DNA of 58,666 bases from Patellaria atrata CBS 101060 (Eukaryota): contig MU006089.1 in the NCBI GenBank assembly GCA_010093705.1, forward strand, positions 880,011 through 938,676. The letters are read 5' to 3'. The notes under the pieces are model-generated. The model made no database searches, had not been told where the DNA came from, and saw only the letters and a program-made list of their open reading frames with translations. The position numbers were made by a program, and so were the translations under genes. Within the stretch, counting starts at the first letter, position 1; each line of letters begins with the position of its first letter. Shown piece by piece: positions 38,379-50,881 of the stretch.

Positions 38379-40807
38379 GTTGAACCGCGTCGTTTTTTCT
38401 CTGTATAAGGTGCTTTTCAGAAGAACACTAAGGTATCAGAGGTTCACAACCAGGACCTTATTATGTATCAAGTTAAGAAGTGACAAGGAAGCTTGAGGAA
38501 GGGAAAGCTCAATTGAGAGAGGCTAGTACCCGGGGTAGGTACAGTCGCAAGCTAACGAACTACCTAACTAAAGATTCTCCTCTTTAGCTAGATAGAAGTA
38601 ACTTTTATGGGTGGCGGGTTCAATGAATATGTCCAAAGATAGTGAGATAAATGTTGTGGTATGGTTGAAGATCAAATATTCAGTTATGGTGGAGACGTAG
38701 GTTTTACGGTCCCGAATTTGAAGGTGTGCGCGTGTATCATCATCCAGAAAGACAAAGCTGCCGCCCATGCTCCCAAAGCAGGTGATTCGAGATGAAATTT
38801 GACTTATCAAGGCGGTCAGAAAACTCCCGTCGTTTGTGATGTTGTAGAGACAATTGATTGGACGAGAAGGAGGTGGAATGGGAAAGACAGAAAGTATAAA
38901 GAGGGTCGTCGAGGTGTTGGGGGAATTTTGAGTGGAGATGTAGTTCTCAAGGAAGGATCCCCACGAGTTGTCTGGTAATTAAAGTTGCAGTGGAATTCGG
39001 ATTGTGAGTGGTGAAGAAATCCCTTTCGTTTGGTATGGTAGGTCTGGTGCTCTGGTACTGTACAAAGGTCCCCAAAGTTCAAGTCGCTTGGCTGGAGCTG
39101 GATGAACCCGTTGTCGTGCTACCCCACACGGATTTTTCTGTGGGTTGCAAGCGCTGCACTCAACTGTTTTATGTGCCCACGCTGCCCAAAGCTTGGGTGA
39201 CCTGCTGCCCTTGTATGAGCTCCTTGGATGCTGACAAAATTCCCGTGTCTCTTTGCCTCCCGTCGTCCTTTCTGTACCTCCCCAAGTCCCCTTTTGCCTC
39301 CTATGAAAAACTATACTGCCGTTCCAACTGTGCAGTGCGCGTCTTTGGCATGAATTGTCTGATGTACGGTGCGTGGGTGCAAGCCTCACCGGATGGCAAA
39401 ATTTCCACCAAAGCGGACGAAAGACGGCTATGCCCTAAGGTATAGGCAGTAGCAATACGAGACTGAAATAGCCAGAGGGTCAAGTGGAAAGAGAGACTCG
39501 TAGAAAGAGGACAAAGAAGCTCGCAAGCACGTCGTACGAGCACTGAAATAGCACTCCACAAACGATGCGGATGATTGATTTCTATCGTGCAACGAGTGAA
39601 AATGGGTGACTAGGACTGCGACTGCTGATATGACAGATCCAAAGCTACGGAAGTCGGGCTCTTATTAAGTCTTTAAGGTGTGCATCAAGAGACCTGACGG
39701 TTACTCTTCAAGGTGTGAGAAAACCTGTGAACTGTCGCGAACAGGATGCAGGGGAAGGGGACACGGCGCCAGGCATCGCATCGCACAGAGCAGCAAGAGA
39801 CTGAGGTCCCTTTCCTTGAACCTTCTAGTTTCTAACTTTTATACGGAGGTTAAAAGTTACCTCTTCAACCCACGCCCTAGTGGATGGAATAGAGCATCTG
39901 GCCCCTAAATTGCAGTCGAGCCATTACTGCACTCTGCAGTTCCGTCTGCACGCTACTTTGAATCATCCAACCTGAATTTGTCGGAGAAGTCTAATTCCCG
40001 GACAGTGGCAGCATATTTGACGTTTATAAAACTAAGACATGCAGGGAGAAGGGGGAAAAGGGGAATTCTTGTCAAAGAAGTCAGTGCTGGCATGGGGGAA
40101 GATTACTACAATGCACCTGATGGCCGACGGGAAGAGCTATCTGCGAATTAGGGAGCCTGAACGTGTTGTTCTACTACCGTAAGCAAAGTATGAATGGATC
40201 ATTCAGACTTGAGCTCAGCGGGTTCAACCCAGTTCCACGGTCGGCATCAACCAACGTCCTGGCGCTGGATCCCACCAGCCGGAGAGACGAAAAGGCCAAT
40301 TGATCCTCCTTCCAACTCACCTGGGAACGGTGATGACTGTACAGGAGTACATAGGTACTTATGTACATCTTCAGTACAGCTGTACTTTCCGGCCTCTTCA
40401 TCCATCATCCAATTTGGACGGCTCAAGGTCCGCCCTTGGCAATCCTATTCCCGAATCATCCTGTCCTCTTATACTTCTACCTTATGCGTTTCGAACCTTC
40501 CGGAAAAAGTCGAAAGGAATAGGCAGTACGGTAGGGAACATTTCTAGATTACCCTGTCCGCTTCATATTACCTTACATGCAGATCCTGATCGCGGCTGTC
40601 TCACCTTCATCGAAGGTACAGTACAAGATGTGACGACAAACTGTAACATTGAGCGCTTACTGGGCGCCCCAAGCGCTTAGGATTCTATATGTGCGCTTTT
40701 TATATCTTCGACTCCTCAACTCCTCGCTCATATCTTCTGAAATACAATGCACCATGATCATAGATGTTGCAAACACGGGAAGAGCAACTTCAACCCCTAA
40801 AATGCTT

Positions 40808-43352
40808 TTACCCAAAGTGAAACAAGGTCTGCTTCTTATTCTTGTTTCCCTTCTTCTTCTGTCCCGTCGATTGATCAGCCACTGTTTCTGAATCGGCGTC
40901 TCCGACGCCAGCTGTACTGCTAGAAGAAGCACCAACACCAGAACCCCATGGATTGTTTCCTCCTCCACGAGCCGCAGTTTCTCGTCGAACCGCACTTCCT
41001 CCGTATCCAGGGCTGAAAACTGTAGTCGTCGGTTTCGCCGTTGCGGGAAGAGCTGGGAATGCCTCGGTGTTAATCCTCGAAATTCCTTTGCTGGCGTGTT
41101 GCTGCGATGGAGTCCTCGACGGCGTCAGCGAAGGTCGTTGAGATGCAGTAGCTGCTCCCCAAGGGGTTGGTCCAACTCTCCCAGCTCCGGCTCGGTTTGC
41201 CGAGGATGCAACTGCGTGTCTAAGAGCTGGGAACAGATTTTGGTTGCCGGATGCGCCCCAGCTTCCCTGTTTGCTTACCGCAGATCGCGATGACTGTGCC
41301 GTAGAGTTCTTGAGTTTTAGAACTCGTGATCCGCTCGCTGCAGATGCACTGGACGATGCTGAAGCTGCACTCTGGCCCGGCAAGGATGGGTAATCTTCAT
41401 TTATGGCCTTCCAGTCACTCCAAGCCTTGAGCAACCCTTCCCGTTTAGAGACGATTTCGAAAATCTCGGCTAACTCCTTCACTAGCTTACCTAGCTGCTG
41501 AGAGCTAGTATCGAAAAGTGAGAAAAAGGCCTCAATGAGTTCAGAAGCTGTGATTTTAGAACTGCGGTATGATGAAACGCGATTTCGAAATTCCCCCAAT
41601 TTCGTCTGGTCGTTTCTCAGCATGTTAGCTGCTCTTTCGGTCACCGCATTATGTCGAAGTCGTCTGGCCTGCTCCTGAGGCGTCAAATCTGCTGTCGAGG
41701 TCGTTTGAGGCTCTAAATTGAGCGAAGCTAAGTTTGGGAAAGCTTCATTTTCTGGAGCTGTGGGTCTGGGAGCCGTCACTGTCTGTGGCTCCTCAGCCCT
41801 AGGTGGTGGTCGAGCAGCAAATGCATCTCCGGACGTCAGCTGTCCTCCAAAAGTCCTTGTAGATACAGATTGTGCGCTCTGTATGGCCATCTGTCGCTGA
41901 TAGGCAAGTTCATCTCGGCGAAGTGGTTGAGCTGATGATACAGGAATCGGTTCAACGTTTGGATCTCGTCCTCGTCCTCGACCCCTACCCCTACCGTCTC
42001 GTCTCCCACCTCTCTCAGACTCATGTGAAGAGCGATAATTGAAACTTGACATATCAACTCTACGAGCGTCTCGACGAGCATCTTTTGATAATCCATTAGG
42101 ATGACTTTCGAGTTGGTGAGCTTTCAGGTCCATTTCTGAGTCAAACACCACGAATTTCTTTTCCATGCATTCCTGATCAGGGCAAAGGAAGTGATCCTTG
42201 CGAAAATGAAGCTCCAAAGCATTGTAATCGACGAAATATTGCTGTCTGCGGCTGTTATCTCGTCTATCGCAGATGTGACACCTCTCGTGCTTGTCACGAC
42301 AATGTGTATACAGCTCGTCATCACCATAGAATCGTTGGCGGCAAAAACCGCACTCAGGATGCCCTTTGAACCCAGTTTGATCAGAAGCTCCGGGGTTGTC
42401 ATCTCCGAATTTCTCGTGTCTCCTAAGCTCAGCCTGGGTGAATAGCTCATGCTCGTGTGTAAAGACTTTTTTGTTTCTCGTGCATAGATCACTGTGAACG
42501 CCAATTAGAAATGAGAATTACAAATCAATAGAATACATACCACATCACCTTCTGGTGAACACTCTTTACATGTCGATGGAGGTCGGGCCACCCAAGACAT
42601 GCAACATCACATGTCGAGTCAGGGCAGTTGTACCGTAAGAGTAGCAGGGTATCTTCACTTATTTCCGGTTTCTCATACCTTATTCCGAGATTGTCATCAC
42701 TCGATGAGAAATCCTCAGGGGAAAAGTCCTCAAATTTCTTTTCTGGATCATCGGTGAAAATGACGTAGTCTGCATTCATCTTTCACATCAAGTTAGCATC
42801 ATGAGTATAATGTTACATCGTCACACATACTCGACAATGCGCGCAAGCCTTGGTCTTGTATAGTGCCCTTAGTCTTAGAGAACATATATGGCAAGTTCGG
42901 TGATTGCACGGAGCTACTGCATTATGCACAACGGGAGACGCGCATATGAAGCACACTTCCGCGTCTCCATCTTCAGTAGCAGCATCATTTCCCCCTTTCA
43001 CACCCTCCTCGCCTTCAACTTTTGCGGCATCTTCGGTCAGGCGATCACCAAAGGTGCCACCACCCGCGAGAGGAGGAGGAGGAACTGCGGGAGACGGCTG
43101 AGATAGTCCACCTCTGAAACCTCCACGGGCGCCAGTAGATGCTCCAAATCCTCTGTTTCCACGACCTCGATTCCCGCCTCTTCTTTGATTGGTATTGCCG
43201 TTACGTTGATCCGATCGATCTCCAGAATTACCATCATTTCTGCCGCCTCGATACCCTCCTCTTCCTCTGTTGCCTCTCCACTGTGAACTAGGGGCGTCTG
43301 GCTCAGTGTTACCGCCTTGGCTATTGGGTGAATTCTCTGCATTGGAAGCCAT
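40808..43352 (-). CDS. HEL2: Ribosome quality-control E3 ligase Hel2/ZNF598 (3 exons)
   Basis: RGG-rich N-terminus, RING CFICASP...PCNHRTCHICSLRLRALYKTKACAHCR, C2H2 fingers (GHPECGFC...HCRDKH..CHIC), C-terminal KKKGNKNKKQTLFHFG. Confidence 0.9.
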
Positions 43353-44354
43353 CGTGAGACTTGTAGTCGTCTTGGAAGGAATTGATCCTAGAAAAGTTAT
43401 TCGTTCGGTAAGTGAAGCTTACGAGGATGGAAGAGTTGTAGTTCGTGGCGACGGGAAATGAATGACAAATGTGATGGTGGGATTTGCCTCCTGCTAATGC
43501 TGTGTAAGCACACGTCGAGAGTGTTTACTTTTTAGAATTGATTTGCGGCCGCAATTGTAGTATTTGTCTGAGTAACTTGTAAGAAGTAGATACCTTATAA
43601 TATGATTGCGAGTACAATTATAGAAGCTAAGGTATGTCGTAGTGGGGTCGCAAAAAATAATGTCCCACAGTAATGTGCAGGGGAAATTAACCTTCCTGGT
43701 TATGTAAGTTCAAGGTGCCACAATCGGACACCACCCATCGAAAAAGCCACCAGGCGAACCCACCGCTCCGGGGAATTTTGTTTTGCCTCTTCGTTTAGGT
43801 AACCTCACCGAAAGTTTGGTTTACAACATATAATTCTTGAAGATGAAGTGGTTAAAAGTGACATTGTCTGTGGTGAAAGACACAAAGCACTGAGCTCCTT
43901 GGACGGCGTAGAACTAGAATTGTACTTCTGTCCTCATAGGATTAGATCTTATATCCACAGTATCAGTTTATTGCGGTGACCGTATGACTCCCTCGCAGGG
44001 ATACTATACAGGATAACCACTAGGCACGGGTTGAAGAGTCACCATCGCGGAGCACAGAGAGGCAGTGCAATAGAATATCTAAACCGGAGCATTACGACTA
44101 CTCTTCTCAGCATGACGGGTATGTAGCGCGGAGATCTTGACCACATTTATATGCCTAAGACCCTCAGAGTAACCGGCACATGGTTTGAGAACAGCAGTAA
44201 CACTCAAGGAGAAGCTCTAGAACAACCTGGATGCGAAGAACCACAATCTATCTTGATGATCCGTAAATTTTCAGGACTCGTTATATCTGAGACTTCTCTT
44301 TGAGAAGCTGTGCCAGCAAGCCCCTTGATAGATTGACCATGTAGAAATCATATC

Positions 44355-45096
44355 TCATAATCCCTCAATCACTTCCAAGCAGTCCTCCTCTTCATCATAC
44401 TCATCCCCATAATACGTCCTCTTAATGTTCACCATTTGTTCCTTATCACCTCCGACTTGACCCTTAATCCAGTCCTCCATGCTCTGGATATGCTCCGTCC
44501 ATTTCTCCGCATTCCCTTTCAACCTCCTCCCCTGGGCCCTCCTCTTCTCCACTTCCACCGGATCATTATCACTATACGCCGCTAACTCCTTCCTCAAAGT
44601 CTCCACCTCCTTCCCCAACTCTGTATACCTCCTCATCAACCCCTTTCTATCCCCCCCTTTACCATCCCCCAACAACATATCTCCATCCATTTCCTCATAT
44701 TCCCTTTCCGCACCCGCTTCCTCAACCTTCGCCCTCAACTCCTCAACCGTAGTAGCAGCTTTATCCCTCTCCTCCCTCGCCTTCTCCAACACACCCTCCT
44801 TGACCTTCTTCTCCTCGCTCGGGAAACTCCAGTACCAGTTTCCTGAGCCGATCTTCTCGACTCGGATCCTGTTTTCATCGGAAAGTGCTTGCAGGTAGTC
44901 TTTCACCTGCATTCCGTTGATGGAGGCGATGGAGGGGAGTGCTTTTTCGAGGTCTTTGATGCTGTGTGCGACGCCCGATTTCTGGAACCAGGTGAGAATG
45001 AGAGCTTGTTTGGCGACTGGAGGTTGCGATTTCGGTGCCTGAGACGGATTAGTGGAGACTATTGAGGTTGGACGGTAGGAAGTGCGAACATACCAT
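44355..45096 (-). CDS. MND1: Meiotic recombination protein Mnd1 (exon 1 is ATG only; intron 45039-45093)
   Basis: HSIKDLEKALPSIASINGMQVKDYLQALSDENRIRVEKIGSGNWYWSF, coiled coil, DNDP...WTEHI. Confidence 0.92.
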
Positions 45097-45384
45097 GATG
45101 TAGGAGCAGAATAATACCGTAATAGTGAATGAGCCTTTGTGTCTAAGTTTCAAGGCAAGATGGAAGGTGCGCTGAATATTTGTGGTGAGATTGGAGCAGA
45201 GATGAGTTGGGATGATTAACAAAATCTGTTCGGAGTCGCACTTTCTCAAAACGATCATGGAAGGGACGGAAGGATGTAATGTGTTCACCCAACGTGGAAA
45301 CCACGCGGCATTGATTAAAAAACCATTACGAATGTCATTAAACTTCGAACTCTAAAAGATCTATCAAAAGAACGATCGAACTTT

Positions 45385-47055
45385 CTAGACCTCCCGATGC
45401 TCAATAACGGGGTCCTTGCGGTCGGTCGAATCAGTAAGATCCAACTCGTTAGCAAGGTGCCTGCCCTTCTCAGAGGCAGCAGCTCCACCGACAACCGCGG
45501 CATCACCATCGAAATGCTTAGCAATCTCCTCGAGAGGAGTGTTGCGTGTCTCGATGTAGTATTTCCAGACAACGAAAAGCTCAACACCGAGCCAGACGCA
45601 CTAAGGAGTGTTAGAGAATGTAAGTATGAAAGATGGTAGATTTGACTTACGTAGACAATGTAATACTTCCAGTGGATATGGTCAAGAGCAATGGGGTTGA
45701 CGTATTGGTTGAAGAAGAGAGCAATATCAACCATCAAGAACATGACAGTCATTCCCTTAGCACGGATATTGTATGGAAGAATTTCGACGGTATAGCCGAC
45801 TAGCAAACCGGACCAGGCCAAGTTATAGAAGAGATAATAGATGTAGATCATGACGATGACAGCGTTGCCAGCAGCCTTGCTCTTTGTCTCGGCCTGTCTG
45901 GCGGAGCAGATAGTCCAGACGATGAAGGCAACCAACATACCAGCAGTGGAGGTCAAGAAGAGCTTGCGACGACCGATCTTATCGACGAAGAAGCACATGG
46001 TGACGGCAGTGATGAAGTTGATGATTTGAAGGACACCGTTGATGATCAGCTGGGTGTCGGAGTCGGTGACACCTATGTCGTCAAGAACCTTGTTGATGTA
46101 ATAGGAGACCAAGCCGTTGCCAGACCATTGCGAGAAGATACCGGCAGAGATAAGAATGATGAGCCTGTGGCGGTTACCCTTGGTCCTCCACAATTCGGCC
46201 CAAGAGTTACCCTCAAACTCCTTCTCCATCTTGATGGTCTCCTTGATCTCCTGGAATTCGAGTTGTACGACTTCATCTTGTTCTATTGAGAAATTAGTAA
46301 TCGCCCCTAGTTTGTGAACCATCGATATGCTTACCGTTGCCATTTGCGTGAACCTTGGCCAAGATTTGCAATGCCCTCTCTGGCTTGCCCTTGTTGATAT
46401 ACCATCTTGGGGATTCGGGTACGAACCAGATGAAAACGATCTGAAGAAGGGAGGGAAGAGCTTGGACCATGGATGGAACTCTCCAGGACCAATCGTTAGG
46501 AATCTTATTGGTGCCATATGTCAACCAAGCGGCAATGATACTTCCGAAGTACCAGGTGGTGTTGTAAATCGTCGTGAAGATTGCACGATGCTGAGTGTGG
46601 CACAACTCAGTAATGAGCAGAGGGGAAGCACCATGTGCAATGGCGACACCGAAACCAAGGAAGAAACGAGCGGCGATGAACATGCGAAAGTTCGTGCTGA
46701 TACTCTGGAGGACGACACCCATAATCATAATGAGACAACCGATGATGACACCCATTCTTCGACCTAGAATATCGGCGATGTAAGGAACGATAGGGATCGC
46801 AGCAAGAGAACCAACAGACATGATACAACCGAATAGACCGAGAAGAGAGCCCTTAGGATGATTGAAATACTCCTGCCATGGGTCCAATGATTGGAGACCG
46901 TTGACCATAGAGCCATCATAACCGTTGGTAGCACTGGTGAGAACGACGAACATCAAACAGATGTAAGTCCTCCTCAATCCTGGATCTTTGTACCAGGTAA
47001 CACGGGGGAATTCCTTGCCAGCGAGGCGGAAGGTTCCTTTGGTAGATGCCTCCAT
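45385..47055 (-). CDS. MFS sugar porter, lactose permease/cellodextrin transporter-like (3 exons)
   Basis: SATNGYDGSMVNGLQ, ADILGRR, PESPRW, FSQWSGNGLVSYY, VDKIGRR, EILPYNIRAKG, ETRNTPLEEI. Confidence 0.9.
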
Positions 47056-48679
47056 TATGATTGAAGGAGATGTGATTGACTTGGAGAAAAGAACAAATAC
47101 AGTCGATACCAAACGACTGCACAGGAGGCTTGCCTGTTCAACTGATCTTGGAGCAGGGAGTCGACCTTCATATATCTATCCATCAGTGATTTTCACCATC
47201 TACACGCTGTGCTCAGATGGCATGGATGGTTCGATATTCCCATCCGCGTACTCGAATTTAACCGGTACAAACAGCACTAACATGTGGAGTGGGTGTCCAC
47301 GCGCTGGGTACACGGAGCCCGGATCCGGGGTCTAAACATGGGTTTATGGAAAATTGTTGTGTGACTGGCCATCTGAATTCTCTGCCAGCGTCTGCGACGG
47401 TCTATGCCAGATGCATGACAGGTAGAATATCAAGACCCGGTAGGCTGGATGTGTCCAATTAGGCAGGTAACTGTGGTAAGGAACTTAAGGAAGAGTCGAG
47501 AAGGCTTCTAACCTTCTGGCGTACTGGTAAAAATGAATCAAGCGTTCTTGTATGGCTTTGCACATACAGGCTAAATTGAAGTGCCGGGGAGAAATATCTT
47601 CCCCTTGACGACAGCCGATGAAATCAACCAACCCTAACCTCGGTTTGCTGCATGAACAGCATTTTCAATTGGTGGAGAGGGTCGAGAGACGATAATCTCA
47701 CTAGATTCGAGAGGTCAACCCGAAATCTTAAAAGCCGTGAAAGCTTGATCTTCTTGGGATGTGCCTTAGTCGTCTCAGTCACAGCGAGCAGTCGTGGCAG
47801 TTACAGAAACGCCAACGCCTCGCTGCTTATCAGCACGTCATGTTGAAGTCGGCAAATCCATCACTGGCACACGATGGGGAAAGAGTTGCTTTGACGTGTA
47901 GAGGAGTCCACTAGAATACGGGCAAAAGGAACTATGACTTATCCCTCCAAATCCTCCCATACGGATTTTGCCTGAGAGTTATGACCGAGCAGAACCGCCA
48001 CCAACAGTTTTGTGTTGCTACCGCCCGAACAGTGAGAACTTCATCAATTCTTTCAATAATGAATCCAAGACCTTTGAAAAGCAATTTAGCGATAATATGT
48101 ACTTCTACCAAAAGAAGGCTTAACCAGACTTCGCAAGCAATGGTAACCATGATCACAACAGGGACTTGTATGCACAGTCATGACAAGGCCTTGATAGTTT
48201 CTGCTAAATAGATTGCTTGCCACACTATACAGACCGATGGCTACCAGTAATTCATCAAAAGTCGCGTGATATCTCGCGTTTACAAGCAGGGACTGTCAAT
48301 CTCCGCGAGCCCTTGAGAGCCAGGTCAAAATCAGTTTAACAGATTGAGATACTGCAGACGGCTGGATGAAGTGGAGTGTGACTTCCGCTTGTGTGACACC
48401 CCTCGTATTATTACTAGTTAGCACTCCAAATGTAGGTCATTGGAGGATTCGTTTTACAGTCTCCGCTCAAGTGTTATCCAATAATGAGGAGCCTCTGCTG
48501 AGATGGGTCCAATGAGTATGAGGCTCAATACCTAAGTATGAAACATTGCGTTGTAAAAGCCCTCTTTCGAAACTCTGATGAAAGAAAAACGATCTTAGGC
48601 AAAGGTAGAATGGAATATACCGCATCTAGACGGATCAATCTACCATCTTACCGTCCCTCAACGCTATTTTCCGTCACGT

Positions 48680-50242
48680 TTAGTCTACCTTGCGACGAAT
48701 GTTATGCGACTTTCCACTCGCGGATATCCATGCTCTTTTACGACTCTCAATGCTTTTGGGATCGACGATACTCCCGCTGTATTTTGCCAATGCCTTTGGT
48801 CTCCCCTTGAAGACCACGCTTCTGGATCCATAGACCCGAACATTGGGATCTACTAGTGAGCAACCAAATGTATCCTTGTTCTCTCCCTCAACGAAGGCAA
48901 GATGTCCAGTTTCCCCCAATGCTTCCTTAGCGGCTTCCTCCAACAATATACCCATGGCAAGTAATGCTGTTTCGTCTAGACTATTGAAGTGAATGCTTCG
49001 ACGTCTCTGACTGTAAGTGTATGTAGATGCTGTATTAAAATCTGAAACATATACATGTAAAGCTTTCAATAAGTCGGAACTAGGTAGTTCTTGATCATGA
49101 CCAAGCTTTGAATGAGCGAAATATTTATCGTTCTCTTGATACCTGACGGGTGCCCCGTTTCGCCTAAAGAGCACCTCATCAGCGGGAATAGGAACCTGAG
49201 AGGTTTCTGGCCCATCTTGAAAGTCAGATAAGGTGCCTTTTGGACGGATATACCCGTTTACGCACATACGGCCTAGACATAATAGTCAATTTATGAAGCT
49301 CAAATTAACTTTCGTTAGTAATTGCGTATAGGTACAAATGAAAGTCAAATCACTTTCGTCAATGATTATTGAGAATAGGGACAAATGAAATAACAGCTTA
49401 CCCGCTACAGCATCATAGAGTGTACTCTTCTCTTTTCGCAGTTTGTCGTGGCCTGCCACGGGATGTCTAGAGATGGGTTCATCAACTTCATGGCCACTAC
49501 TCTTCGTTCGATCTTGCCTCCTTGCTTTAGACTGATCCAGCTGGCTCTTAATCAGTTTAGACTTTTTGACCCCAAATGGCTTTGCAGTTCTAGTTCGTGT
49601 AGGGAGTTCCATTTGCCCTTTGACTTGGCGGGGGTGCACATTTTGCTGGGCGCTTTCTCCTGCTTGAGATTTGTCTCCATCGTTCCTCAAGTACCCTCCC
49701 TCGGAAGTACTAGACTTCACTGTTTTATTAGCGGCCTCGGATCTCACTCTATCGAGTATGCTCTTTGCGAACTTGCTGAGTGGAGGGTTAATCTTCCCAA
49801 CCCTCTTTCCAGTGAACTTCTTTCTTGAGCCGTTTCGTCCAGTGGTATTTTCATATTTCGGGGCCATCGCATCATTTGTCTTTTTCCTCTTGATTTCTTC
49901 CCTTTTCGCATTCCTAACAGCATCATTGGGTCCCCGCTCACTACTGTCTTGAGTGTCATCAGAATCTTCCCTCGCAATCTGCGTCCCGATATTTTTTTCT
50001 TTGAGTCTCAATCTCTGTCTTTCCCTTCTCTTCTTTCGCGATATCCTCTCCCTATATTCAGTTCTTTCTTTAATGAGGTCAATTGATGATGGTCGAATGT
50101 TGAGTGCTGTGGGCCACCTAAGTCTGGACTTGATACGTTTTCTAGTCCCTTTTCTTCTATCTCTGTTCCTCATTATGTTACGCTTGCGATATCGCAAGCA
50201 GCTTGGATTATGTTGGGAAATGTTCGTTGCAAGATTATGCAT
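48680..50242 (-). CDS. Protein with a C-terminal Rrn10-like (UAF subunit) domain and long basic N-terminus (2+ exons)
   Basis: TLYDAVAG/R...PIPADEVLFRR...LPSSDLLKALHVYVSDF...SLDETALLAMGILLEE resembles the Rrn10 core; the start is uncertain. Confidence 0.6.
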
Positions 50243-50881
50243 AGATCTTGGCAATGCCAAGAACGATCAAATGCGATATCACGTGCGTACGTAACTTTTA
50301 CTTCGCTAGAATCAATTTTTCCCACCGTGGCATCCCGGTCATCCAAAAACATCTCAAGCAGACAATTGCACTTTTTCGTTTCAGTATATTAATCAATTAA
50401 AGTTACGTGATTACTGAGGACTAGACCTTGCTTTCTAAGAGCAGACAACAAAAGGCTATCAAATTCAGCGCTGAATCCACCAGGAATGAGCCGCGAGCAA
50501 CAACCTCTAACTTCTAAGACGCCAACTTCATACAATACAAGCACCGCACATCCGAACACAAACATGATGCTCAACAACTGAACATCTAAACATGACAAGA
50601 AGTACATACAACAAGATACCGGGGCGCACGCTGGAATGGTTTCGCGCTGCCTTCAAGTCATCAAGGGTGAAAAACCGCTTTTCTCCAATCGTGACCCCGG
50701 AACCGCCCAATCTACGCTTACTTCCAACATGGGGGGTATCATCCTCGGCTAATAATGCTCCCACGAGACGGTGAAAACTCTTTTGGTTGGCACCTCCGCA
50801 TGTGCCGTATCGCATGCCGTCATAAATTCCCTAATGAAATCTGAGAAGTCTAGTAACAAAGGAAATCAGAGAGGCTCATTG

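Noticed and set aside
38400..40800. Several 80-145 aa ORFs upstream of velB
   Set aside because: They have no motifs and overlap on both strands; the region is consistent with a long regulatory or 5' UTR region.
16686..50242. Ribosome/translation gene cluster (eIF3b, RSA4, HEL2, Rrn10-like)
   Set aside because: The genes are interspersed with unrelated ones, and such housekeeping genes are common enough to co-occur by chance.
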